The position numbers and the translations under genes were made by a program. A DNA stretch of 64,000 nt from Novakomyces olei (taxonomy: Eukaryota). The first letter of the stretch is position 1. Each line of letters starts with the position of its first letter. The notes under the pieces are model-generated. The model made no database searches. It was not told where the DNA came from and worked only from the letters and a program-made list of their open reading frames with translations. The stretch covers positions 1,054,001-1,118,000 of the forward strand of contig JADEYG010000012.1 in assembly GCA_016906335.1 (NCBI GenBank). Direction: 5' to 3'. This document shows, piece after piece, positions 16,401 through 27,887 of the stretch.

Positions 16401-17227
16401 ACAGCTACTCCAATTTCCGAGGACGTGGTCGAGGAGGAGGAAGGGGTAATGGCTACCAGGGTCGTGGTGGCAATAATCAAAACTTGAACCGCGGAGGTTA
16501 CAATGGCAATGGAAATGGCTATAGCAATCGGGCAAGCAATTACAATAATAAAGGCAATTACAATAATCAAGGGAATTACAATAATCAAGGCAATTACAGC
16601 AATCAAGGCAATTACACAAGTTATGGAGATAACAGTTCCAATAAGAACAACAGGAGAAATGGACCCTCCAACGACTGGAGCGGAGGCTATGGAAATTATA
16701 GCAATCCGTCTGCGGGCTACGGAGCTTATCAGCAACAGTCGTACCAGCAGCCTTCTCTGGAAAGCTCGGGCTGGTATACGAATAATTATAATAAAAACAA
16801 CAATAGCTATAATGCCAAAAATAACAACAATTATAATTATAATAATTACGATAATAATTATAATAATTATAACAGTTATAACAATAACAACAATCAAAAC
16901 AATCAAAACAATTACGACAATAATTACAGAGGAGCTGCTTCTTCTGGACACACGAATAGCCATTTTAAATTCGATAATGGAGCTATCGAGCCTGTGGCGA
17001 GTGGCGCGGCTTCAGGAACACCTGATATTATGACAAGTCTTTTAAACCAGACTTCGGCCTATGGGGCGAATATCAATAGCGCCACTGGATCCAACCAGGC
17101 TGGCGGACACAGCGCTCTTGCTGAGCAGACTGCTACCTCACAGCAAAATAAGCGAGCATTGACCGAGCAGCAAATGCAGAAATGGAGAGAATGGCAGGAA
17201 AACTTTAGGCAGAAAAAATCAGGCTAG
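13419..17227 (+). CDS. RAT1: Nuclear 5'-3' exoribonuclease Xrn2/Rat1/Dhp1; introns 13432-13496 and 15977-16141
   Basis: Spliced start MGVPAFFRFLSKKYP, followed by DNLYLDMNGIVHPC, AVDGVAPRAKMNQQRSRRF, PGEGEHKIM, YGLDADLIML, GNDFLPHLP and [23 protein letters not shown]. Confidence 0.96.
15170..15307 (+). repeat. Coding 12-bp tandem repeat encoding (KEES)x11 in Xrn2
   Basis: (AAAGAAGAGTCT)n in frame, in the linker between the conserved regions. Confidence 0.95.
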
Positions 17228-18524
17228 CTTGGCAGGGTTGTAGATTTACTATGGTACCGATCATGGATATTGCTCTTGCACTTTTGGGCTCATTAATAAC
17301 ATTGCTGACGCGCTTTTTCCTTTTTATTCCTTGTTTTTCTTTTTCTTTTCTTTTCTTTTCTTCTTTTTTTATTTTTATTTTTTTTTTTCATCATTTAAAA
17401 GCTGTTGTGACGGTCGCAAAACATGAATTGTAAAAACCAAAGCAATCTCGTCAAGACTGTGAATAGAAAATGAACTTGTATCATATATTACGCTTACACT
17501 TTTAGTCTACGTTTCTGTTCAATAATCTTAAAAATATAGACAAAAGAACGTATCAAACGTTTGTGCAGACGTAACATAAGACACTTTCAACCCTTTGTCT
17601 TGCGAATTTTAACATTTGCGAGACTCTTTTACTTTGCAAACTACATACAAATTGGTCGATTGCTACAAAGCAATGGAGCGTTCAAGATATAAATTATTTT
17701 CTATTACGAAAACCAAAGGCTTTCATTTTATACGGCTTTGGCTTTACAATAAGAAATTCTTTTCGTTCAGACTTCCCCTTAATTCGCAGGCCATTGGCGG
17801 TAAAGTGAAGCATGAGACTCAAACACTGACTGATATGTAAAGTGGTATCATCAACTCGTGAAAGTATCCAGCATACCTCCATCGGCTAACCCAGATAATC
17901 TCTTTAAAGATATAGACCCTAAAGAAATAAATCTTTAAAGACTATTATTCGTGGAGAGGGACAGATGCGTAGACTTTCAATCGAGTAAATAGCAATTCTA
18001 TTCCTCTAGGTATCAAATTTGTAGATGCTCCTCTGATTTTCTTGTCTCGTTCCTCTCATCTCCTCATTGATCCGTTCCAACCCGCTCTGGTTCGATACAT
18101 CGCCTTTTTTTTTATTTCTTTTCCTTTTCGCTTCTTGATTGAAGCACATCGATAACATTGATCAAGCAGTTAGCCGGCCGGCCAAACCCATTCTTGTCAA
18201 AAGCAGAAACAGAGCCGTAATAAACGGAAAGACTACAGTATATGTGGAACCATACTGAGAAACGCATTCAAACGAGCAACGATGTAGTTGAGGACAAAAG
18301 ACAAGTGAAAATTACAAAAAGTATTGAAAAAGATTTAAAAAAGAACTCAAGCGGTAACAGAAAAGATCAAGAAAAAAAATCAAGAAAAAAAAGTTGACGA
18401 AGAAATATAACAAAAAGCAAGAGGTATTGAAATAATATGAATACAAATCCAAAACAAGATCAAACATAAACAGGTGCCTAGAAAACGCTAGCCCAGGTAA
18501 CGCATGACTAGTATCAGTATTTAG

Positions 18525-20274
18525 CTAGTAACTCTTGTTTAATTCATCGTTAAACATGGTATAATGATGAGACAGGTGCTGAGGAGGCGTTTGAGCTTTC
18601 AGTGAATGTTGAAACGGAGAAGGCAGTCTTTGCTCAAACTGCTGCTGCTGAGAATAAAGCTGTTGGGGCATTCGATTGTGTGGGGGCACAGAAGACTGCT
18701 TGTTTTTATGCTGCTGCCTTGGGTTCCGCTGCCGCTGCCTTGACTGTTTTTCATGCTTTTCTTCTGCTGGCAGAGCAAAAATAGGAGAAAGTGCAGTCGC
18801 TCCCAATTGCGGGTCAAATTGACTATTTAATTGTTGGCTAAACCCAAAAGGGCCCATGGGAAACGGCATCCGTGAACTGGCAGCAAACTGCTCACCGTTC
18901 GTGCCACGTAAAGGCAGAGGAGAATGAGCATAAAAAGGCTGCTGCTCTGGCACAAACAGAGGATTTGAGCTGGCAGCAGAAGGTCCTCCTCCTCCTCCTC
19001 CTCCTCCTCCGCCAGGACCCGAGGGCAGAATATCCATACTGAGAATCCCTGGTGGAGGAGCAGAAGCTGGGGCAAACATAAAAGGAGAAGTGTGTGCAGT
19101 GTACCCGTTCGGCAAAGAGCCAAGGTGGCCAGCTGCTGCAGTCACAGAAGTCCCAGCTGAATTGTGGCGCGACTGAGGAGCAATTGGCTGTGCCTGCTGA
19201 TGCGGAAAAGGCCCTGTCAGGTTTGGGCCGGGAAGGCTCGAGGCTGGAGCTGACGAAATCGGAATTGAAGAGACCAAAAGACCCGACGAGATGGGCAAAT
19301 GGCTCTCTTGATCAGACTGTGAGTGCAAATGCGACTGGCGGGAGTCAATAGGCGGTCGGTGAACGTCCTTTTCCCTGTTTTCTTGGCCTTCTGGTGCAAT
19401 TGACCCTCCGGCCGAGCTGCCAGCAGCAGAGGAAGGGAAAAGTGCAGTTCTCTCTCCACTGCCAGAGTCAGACGGTGCCCCAACCGCCCCATCTCGAGGC
19501 ATACTGCGGGCCAAGACTGGTGAAGTATTGGCACTAATATGGCCTTTGCCTTCCGTATGAGACTGTACGGCTGCCGATCGAGGCTGCGAGGGTCTTTGTG
19601 AGGACGGCAGACTGGTATTGCCCATCTTTTGGTTTGCAGAGGACTGTGCAAGTTTTTGCTGATTTTTGGGTTTTGGCCCAGAAGCAAGAGCGGATGCTGC
19701 ACCCGTGCCAACGCCCCGATTGTGTCCAGACCCAGAAGAAATATTAACATTGTTGATATTGTTGTTAATATTGTTGTTGTTATTAATATTAATATTAATA
19801 TTGTTGTTGTTGTTAATATTAATATTGTTGTTGTTATTGTTGTTGATATTGTTAATATTGTTAATATTGTTGTTAATATTAACATTATTAGCATTGCTAT
19901 TGGGAGACTGACCCGCTCCCGGACCCGGCCAAGGGTTCCCGACAGAAAAATTGTCAGCCGCCTCACAGAAAAGCGACCGGACAGCAAAAAGGTTCTCGTG
20001 AAACTTCTTTGGCGTCCGTACGAGGACGTTGTGGTTGACGACTGGATCAAACGGCCGTGCGCTAAACTCGATGTAGCTGTTGTACATCTTCATTACCCGC
20101 TGAATCTGTTCTCCACGGAACCCAATCAGCCGCTTGTGGTACTCTTCGGGTATGAAAAACGTTAATTCTGCTGGAAATTCCAGTTTTATCAGATCACTAG
20201 CACGAACTGCCCTTGCTATATCGGCCGCATAGATTTCGATAAAGAAACTGCCAGCATTCGCATTGGCATTATTA

Positions 20275-20306
<32 letters not shown>

Positions 20307-22382
20307 GCTGTTGCTGTTGTTGGTGGCAGTCTGAGCAAAGTCTTCACCATCTGACAAACTGTTTGCCACGAAATTTGAACTAAAAGCAGCTGCGGCTGCT
20401 ACTGCCGCGTGAGCCACAGCGGCCGAATTAACCCTGACTATTTTAATATCGCCCTGGCCGGTACGAAAGTCCAGGTGCTGCTTGATTTTATCAATTTTGC
20501 CAAACTTTTTCCCGGATATAAACTCTAGATCTTTGAGAGGCGCTTCGAGTTGCAGTTTGACCCACTTGTTGACTCCTCCGCCAATAGCATGAAGAGCGTG
20601 TGCCTGTGGAGAGGAGGCAGAGAGAAGCATTGGAAGGCTGTTTATCTGCCACAGTGCCCTATGGAGACTCGTCTCTGGCGCTGTCAGCTCAAACCTTGTT
20701 CCCTGGAAGACTATCTCTGCACTTGTCACTGCACAGACACCCATCAGGGACTCGATAAGGTCGGGAGTGAGAGGCGGCAGCTGCGGGCCCACGTCCCCGT
20801 TGAGGCCTCGTGGCAGCAAAAAGATGGTAGCGTGCTGCAACCTCATACAAAGCGCATCTAGAGCTTCGTGAGTGCGGTAGATCATTTCCAAGGACTTGCT
20901 TTGCAGAGAAAGTGTGCTCGCCGATGAGGATGAAGAAGGATTGGAAGCAGGATTGGAAGCAGGATTGGAAGCAGGATTTGACAAAGGATTGGAAGCAGAA
21001 TTAGACACAGAATTAGACACAGAATTAGACAAAGAATTAGACAAAGCAGGGTTGCTTGAAGCAAGATTATTGCTTGGCACAAGGTTGTTGCTTGGCACAG
21101 GAGCAAACCGGATAAAAGTCTGATTCTCAGTCATAATCTCGTTCAGCCGGTCCATCTGCTCAAGAAGCAGCCAGTTGGATTTGACATTAAACATGGGAAT
21201 TTCTCTCTGGACAATATGAATCTTCTCCTCTAGAGCACGGATCCTCCGCTCCACCTCACTACAGGCTGCCGCCGTGGGACCTGTAATTGTGACATTTGCA
21301 CACTTCAAGGCGGGAGCCATAGGCAGCCTTGAAGCCGACTGGGCAAGCGGCTGGAAGGTGTAGATTTTACAACCCGCACTGGCAGCAGTTTCACGTAGAA
21401 AAGGGCCCTCGGAATCTCCAATAATCGTTTGCATGCAGAGAGATAGAGGCCGGGTCAGCACGGATTTCTTTGCCAGACTGGCCAAATGGGCCAGTGTGCC
21501 AATCCGTGCAAAATTGACGCTCGTCAGATCGCCACAAGCATAGAGGGCAAACTGTGGCGGATCCATAGAGGCATCAGTGGCAATTGTACCCATATCGCTG
21601 CGGCTTACAGGGTTTGTACTCGCCGGCCTGGCGCTCGTACTGGCCACATTGGCCACATTGGCCACATTGGCCACATTGGCCACTGGTTTGGCCGCTGGTT
21701 TGGAAGCAGGTTGATTTACCGGTTTAGCCACTGGTTTGGTACTCACATTGCAAGGTACAGGGCTTGCAGATTTGTCTGTGGGCGCACTTTTACCCGCAAA
21801 ATTCTGGGCTGCTTGCTCACCAGCCCCTTGTCGGGCAGGGACCTTGAGGAGGTAGAGTGTAGCCCCGCTTTCACGGTTGATCCGGTCCAGAAAGGCGATA
21901 AAGGCTTTGCTCACTGTCCCAGTTTCCCGGTCCACGAGGGCTGACGGGTTGGCAAGCTGGATGCGACGGCAGATTATTTTAGGCGTGTTCCGTAAAAGGT
22001 CAACTTTGGCCTGTAGGATCTCGTTGGTTGGTCCTCGGAGGGAGACAACGATAGGCGCAGAGACAGAGAGTGAGGAGTTCTCTTCCAGCTGCACTCCGTC
22101 TCCTGCTCCTTGACCGGCAGAAGCAGAACTGCTCTGTGTAAAAATCGGAGCCGGCTGGTAATGGGTCTCTGGTATCTTGGGCATAAAGAACTTTGCATCA
22201 CAATGCCGCCTTGCACCGAAAGAACGGCACAATTGCTGTACAAAAGGCAGCAGGATCTGTAACGGCTCTGGGCCAATAAGGTCGCCTAACGATTTGTGGA
22301 CAACATACTGCGGATCCGGTAGCAGGTCCGGTGAAGGCAGAGCAAACGTCACCGAGTAAATGCCCCCAGGACGCGCGTCCAT
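18525..22382 (-). CDS. Large KH-domain RNA-binding protein (Mug60/YLL032C-like by recall) with poly-N insertions
   Basis: Single long ORF (first ATG 22382, frame open to 22484) with KH-type GxxG loops LEFISGKKFGKIDKI and HKRLIGFRGEQIQRVM, preceded by FPAELTFFIPEEY. Confidence 0.75.
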
Positions 22383-24534
22383 TGGCCCGGGAGATTTGAA
22401 ACCAATTAGATTCAAAGTTAAGGCTTGCTCTGTGAGAAAATTGAATTTAGACAAATGTGCAGTACTGGCAAATGCAATGCTCAATGACGCGCTACAATTC
22501 TAAATCCGGTTCAGACTGCAGAGACAAGAGTCGAATGCAGGGGGGTATCCAAGGCCACTCGCAAAGGCGACCGGGTAATATTAGTATAAGAAAATAAAAC
22601 AAAGAGACGAGCCAATGATCGTAGAGGCACTCGAGGGGTATCAATGCGCAATTACAGGCCCGTAAAAGATTCCAGGCACTGTAAACCGCAAACCTTTTAA
22701 GATCTGTACAGAATACTGCAAATCCACGGCCGAGAATCGTGTAGGATACTCCGCCTTCAACTAGAAGATTGCCAACGCGTAGTTTTATTCCAAAAACGCT
22801 CGTCTACACGGGTGTGTTGAAAGAATCAAACACAGTCACAGCAGAGTTGCGGCATTCAACAATTGACTTTAACTTCCACGACAAAAGTCAGCAAATAATG
22901 TATGAAAATGAAGAGTCAACCGCGGCAAATGAGCCCAGGTCCTGGGTCAAGAATAAAAAATAATGTAAAAATAAATAAATAAATAAAACAAAAAAAAATA
23001 AATAAAACAAAATAAAATAAAACAAAATAAAACAAAAAAAATAAAGCCCAGATCCACCACAATCGCTCGGGAAAAAAAACCAGCACGAACCTTTCAGAGA
23101 AGGAGAAAACAGCACGTTGACAGTACCAATCAATCCGCTATCACGCACGGCAATCCAATACCCGATCAGCCTGGATCCTTGCTGCGATGCACACCCGATC
23201 CCTCGATCAAATGTGCACAGGCCAAAGCGTAGGATTGGCAGAGCGTTGGCGCGGTTTAGTCTAAAGCAGCGGTAGAGCCAATCGGAAACTGCCGTTCAAA
23301 GACCCGATCGAGTTGAGAAGCAGCTCGAAAAGTATCGGCCCGAAAAAGTGTAGTCAATGTGACGTTGCGGCTGTTCGAGACAGCGCGGCCGCTGAATCGA
23401 TAAGGAATACGAGGAAAGGCGAGTCGAGTAAGGCGAGCGAGCGAGCGTATATATATCGAGCAGACGTATATATTATAATCTCGCGAGTCTGTAGCGTGAA
23501 TTAATCGCAGTGAGCTGTTAATCAGGATAAATACATACTGTGAGCCAGCTATAAGAATCGCGGTAGAAATGGCGAGTACCGGACTTGGCTGGCGGCCTGC
23601 ATTACTTGATTCTGCTGAGCACAGTATATACGCCCCGTAACACTTGGCCGTGGTGGTAAGCAATCTCTCGATATACCAATCAATATACGGAGGCGAGTAC
23701 ACGGTTACAGGACATAACCCTGAAGGAGAAATGAATGCCCGAGTGGGTCGGCTATCGTCATTTTTACACGTTTGACTTTTAAGTTTTTAATGATCTACAT
23801 TGGATACGCTGGGCTGCTCGTATTGACCTTAACTGTGGTACGGTTTTATCGTCTTTTTAATACACAGTCTGATGTATTTTGCTCTTGTATTATACTTCAT
23901 TGCTTTTGCTGATTTATTGCTTGCTTTTGCCAACAAATAATGACATAATGACCTTTCTTAGACGCTCAGGGTATCCACAAGCAATGGCTCACTAGATTAC
24001 ATGGATTTTGCGCGCCAAAAGAGGGGGATAAAGGACGAGTTATTGGTTGATTATATTATTACATTATTATATTATTAAATAAATTGATAAATTAATTATT
24101 AAATTAATTGTTAAATTAAAAAATAAATCGAATGGCGTAATCATTTTTTTTAAGTTTAAGGGTGACCATCTCGCCTGATACTTGACTGATAACGACGGCG
24201 GCTCCTTGAATGCGAGCGCCGTATAGTTTGTTGTAAACTGCAAAGATTTTCCTCGAAATTTACAATATCTTTGGCTTGTTTCAAAGCATTTGATCACGAA
24301 ATCTTTTCAAATTTAATACACAGAGTTTAGTCCAGGTAAGCTGATGTTGAGCAAAAATTGTACAATGGCTTACAATGTAAAAATGTATAATGTAATTGTA
24401 ATGTATGCGCGTCCTGTCTTTGGGATAAGCCAAATACATGTACCTTTTACTCTGTAAATTCATTAAACTACAAATATATACATAATATAAATTTGTTTAT
24501 GTTTTTATTTAGATATATTCCCAGGTTAAACGTT

Positions 24535-27426
24535 TCAGTATCGTCCTTGAGGGTAATCGTAGTAAGGCGCCATAGGACCGTACGATGACGGACCTCTCGG
24601 CCCCATTGAAGGTGTCCACTCACGATCTCTATAGTTCCATGATTGAGCTCCCTGAAACCCTCTACTACTCGTCCCTGGTCGAGGGTATGTAGCGAATTGC
24701 GACTGGTAATCGGACCCTGGTCTATGATCGTAGTCGCTTTCCCAATGATTGCCGTAATAATTGCGAGTAAACGAGGGTTCCGCCGCGACCTGTGGCGAAG
24801 CAGGAAACCGAAAGGACAAATCCGCTGGCATGGCTAATGCTGTCGGAGCACGGGCTGCATTTGAAGGCGGCCTTTCAAACCGCTGCTCATACGGTGGAGC
24901 AAAATATTGGCCATCTGCCTCTTGGTCTGCAACAGTACCATAGTCACCAGCCGGCCAGTCCTCATACGGTTCATCAGCATAACCGTAATACTCATCCCCG
25001 ACAGGTTGATCGTAATGGAGAGGCCTTCCTGGCTCTGAGGGCATTTGTGAAGAAGGCCTTGAAGCATAACGACTTGGCTGCCTTTCTTTGTACTCGTCCA
25101 CTGAAGAGCCAAAATTATAGGGCAGTCGACTGCCTCGCGATTCAGGCAGAGGCCACTCGTTGGAATAGCTCCAGTTGCCTGAAGCCTGCCGGTCGTATGT
25201 GACTGGTGGAGTACGATGACCGTACTCGTCTCTGTAAAATTTGGATGGCGCCGAAGGCCGCCAGTATTGATCCACCCTAGAATTGTAGCCACCCCTTGAG
25301 TCACTAAAGCGCCCATAATAATCCGGCCCATTATCATAATCGGCTCGCGTTTCGTACTCTGCTCTCGTATTGTGAGCCGTATCGTAAGCCCCCATATTAT
25401 AGTCGGCTCTGTAATCGTAGTCTGCCCTGCTGTAAGCCGACGGAGGCAGGTTTTGGGGCGGATACTGGCCATCCATATACGGGTTAGTATATGAGGAAGG
25501 CGGCTCATACCGGCTGCGGCTATAATTGTAAGGATAAGAAGAACGTGGATCAGAATAGTATCGGTCTTGATATTCTGAAGCTTCTTCAGAAGGAGGATTA
25601 TGCGCAAAAGGTGCGGGTATTGTGCTTGGGAATCTCGATTCTGGTCTTTGATCAGTATAATAACCTCTCGATCGATCCTGGACAGGCGGCTGATGAGACA
25701 TATGAGGCTTACGGGGTTCTTTTGCACGATTGTAGGCGTCGGCAGACGAGACTTGATTAAATGATTTTGTCTCTGCGCCTGATGTTTCGGCTCTAGCACG
25801 TTGAGCTGCAGGATTTTGGAGCTTTTCAGTTTGGTGCTTTTGTTTCTCTGTTTTAATATCGTCTGCTTTTGCATTCGTCGTCTTTGTATCCTCAATTTTA
25901 GCCTTGTTTCTTTTGGCAGTCTCGGCTTTTGTAGTCCCAGCCGAATTGTCTCCAACTCTATTATTCACAACCTTTATGTTTTCAGCTCTAGTCTCTTCAG
26001 CTCTAGTCTCTTCAGCTCTAGTCTCCTCAGCTTTTAATGTTCCACCTTCATCAGACTTTGCCTTTATGGTCGCATTCAACACGGTCTTCTCAATTTTGCG
26101 ATCAATATTTGAAGACGAATTTGTCGACGCTACTAATTGAGAAGCAGGGTCAGCTTTGACTCTATTAACCGCTGGCTCTTTGTGGCTTGTAGCCTCTGTG
26201 GCCTTGCCTTCCGTCTGCAAAGGCTTCGTCTTTGGTTCCATGCCAACCGCTTCATCTCGATTGCTTATTGCATTCTCATCTTGATCTTTAACGGCCCTGG
26301 CATTTTGGTTATTTGCCGTCCCGTCTACTGCACGGCTAGTGTCCCGCAAAGGCACAGATGCCGGATCGTACGAGGCTTCAGAGCCTGCATCGCTCTGATT
26401 GTCTGTTTTCTTGCCAGAATATTTAGTGCTCTGCCCCGTCGTACTAGGTTCCGGTACGTTTAGCTTTTGCATGCCATTTGTTTGCACCGTAGAGCTTTGC
26501 ACAGGTTTAGAAAGACTCTCAGCCCCAGTCCCGTCAGGCTCAGCCTCCCCCGTTTGCGTGAACGGCATATCGATATCCAGTCCCGGAATGGGTCCACCAA
26601 AGTCAAAAGTGTACGAAAAAGTCGGCTGGGCAAAAGGTTTGCCCTCTGATCCGTACTCGTCGGCAGCAGTATTTGAAGCTGCAGGAACAGTTTCACTGTC
26701 TGACTGCTTTTCATCATACTTTTCAGCCTTTAATGGATCATCACTGCTATTAAGCAGTACAGTCGCTGACCTGTCTGCGTCTCCCTGGGCAGATCCTTCC
26801 TCTAAACACTCGCTGCCCCGTTTTCCAGCCCAAAAGCCAGCCGCTATTAAAGACGCCGCTTTCCCTGGTGACCCCTCACCAGAGCCAGTCGTAGGTGCTT
26901 TGCTCTCATCCGTCACGGCGGAGTCTGTCGCTGAGACTGTCTTGTTCCCATCATTATTCACAGTCTTTATTGATCCATTACTCGTGCTCGGATCCTCCGT
27001 CTTTCCACTCTCATCCACTCTGCCCGCTCTGCCCTCTGTGGCCGCTGAGGGTCCAGACTTGGCCGCCTCGAATTCCGAGTACTCTGTAATCTTGCGGCGC
27101 TTACCAGAATGTACATCTCTGCCCTCTAAAACAGGAGCCCTGCTGGCTGCTGACGTCACGGGTTCAGCACTTGCCGCCGCCGGCAGACCGCTGTAGCTCA
27201 CACTCGGCAAATGCAAACCCGTCTCCGCCTTTGGCTGCTGCTTTACTTGCGGGAAAGGAGGGACTGGACTCAGTCCCGGAAGCGTGAACGGTGCAAGAGG
27301 CAAAGCGCCTAAAACAGGCGGAAATGGCAGCGCAGAAAGACCAGCGGCTATTCTGTCGCGTAGAGCCACGATCTTTGCATATTCCCGAGGGAAATCAACA
27401 GCTCCTATACTCGTCGCCTGCTCCAT
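24535..27426 (-). CDS. 963-aa largely disordered hypothetical protein with Y/P/R/D-rich C-terminus
   Basis: Uninterrupted ATG-to-TGA ORF of 963 codons, divergent from QNS1. No domain recognised. Confidence 0.8.
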   Translation of the reverse strand: MEQATSIGAVDFPREYAKIVALRDRIAAGLSALPFPPVLGALPLAPFTLPGLSPVPPFPQVKQQPKAETGLHLPSVSYSGLPAAASAEPVTSAASRAPVLEGRDVHSGKRRKITEYSEFEAAKSGPSAATEGRAGRVDESGKTEDPSTSNGSIKTVNNDGNKTVSATDSAVTDESKAPTTGSGEGSPGKAASLIAAGFWAGKRGSECLEEGSAQGDADRSATVLLNSSDDPLKAEKYDEKQSDSETVPAASNTAADEYGSEGKPFAQPTFSYTFDFGGPIPGLDIDMPFTQTGEAEPDGTGAESLSKPVQSSTVQTNGMQKLNVPEPSTTGQSTKYSGKKTDNQSDAGSEASYDPASVPLRDTSRAVDGTANNQNARAVKDQDENAISNRDEAVGMEPKTKPLQTEGKATEATSHKEPAVNRVKADPASQLVASTNSSSNIDRKIEKTVLNATIKAKSDEGGTLKAEETRAEETRAEETRAENIKVVNNRVGDNSAGTTKAETAKRNKAKIEDTKTTNAKADDIKTEKQKHQTEKLQNPAAQRARAETSGAETKSFNQVSSADAYNRAKEPRKPHMSHQPPVQDRSRGYYTDQRPESRFPSTIPAPFAHNPPSEEASEYQDRYYSDPRSSYPYNYSRSRYEPPSSYTNPYMDGQYPPQNLPPSAYSRADYDYRADYNMGAYDTAHNTRAEYETRADYDNGPDYYGRFSDSRGGYNSRVDQYWRPSAPSKFYRDEYGHRTPPVTYDRQASGNWSYSNEWPLPESRGSRLPYNFGSSVDEYKERQPSRYASRPSSQMPSEPGRPLHYDQPVGDEYYGYADEPYEDWPAGDYGTVADQEADGQYFAPPYEQRFERPPSNAARAPTALAMPADLSFRFPASPQVAAEPSFTRNYYGNHWESDYDHRPGSDYQSQFATYPRPGTSSRGFQGAQSWNYRDREWTPSMGPRGPSSYGPMAPYYDYPQGRY

Positions 27427-27579
27427 TGGTCCTACATCGTTTGGCGTCGAATGCTTCTTTTACGCGTGTCTCCCTCAATAATAATTATTTGTTGACTGCT
27501 GTATATTTATTGAGGTTTGAGAATTGTCGTAATTATCTAATTATTGTATTTAACAGTCAATTTATATACAGTGCTATAT

Positions 27580-27850
27580 AATGTTAATATTAAAATAAAA
27601 ATATATTAAAATAAAAATATATTAAAAATAATACAATATTAAGAATAATATAATATAAAAATATATAAAGAATAATATAATATAAAAATATATAAAGAAT
27701 AATATAATATAATATTAAAAATAATATTAAAAATAATATTAAAAATAATATTAAAAATAATACAATATTTATTCTACATTTGTTTGATGTAATATAATTA
27801 TAATTAGTCGTAATAATATAGCAATATAGTCGTAATAATATAATAATAAA
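27580..27850. repeat. Near-pure A/T degenerate tandem array (AATATTAAAAAT / AATATAATATAAAA units)
   Basis: About 270 bp almost free of G/C, ending about 40 bp before the QNS1 ATG. Confidence 0.85.
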
Positions 27851-27887
27851 ATGTCATCACAATTTAACAAGGACAGCATTCGACACT

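Noticed and set aside
17400..18500. Short ORFs and possible ncRNA between XRN2 and the KH gene
   Set aside because: No recognisable protein motif, snoRNA boxes or tRNA fold; consistent with convergent 3' UTRs.
22700..24500. Short ORFs (for example 23256-23702) upstream of the KH gene
   Set aside because: They have mostly non-ATG starts, no motifs and no coherent splice model; likely promoter/UTR.
24834..25955. 373-aa alternative-frame ORF nested in the 963-aa gene
   Set aside because: It has a non-ATG start and no recognisable features, and is explained by the biased codon use of the main frame.
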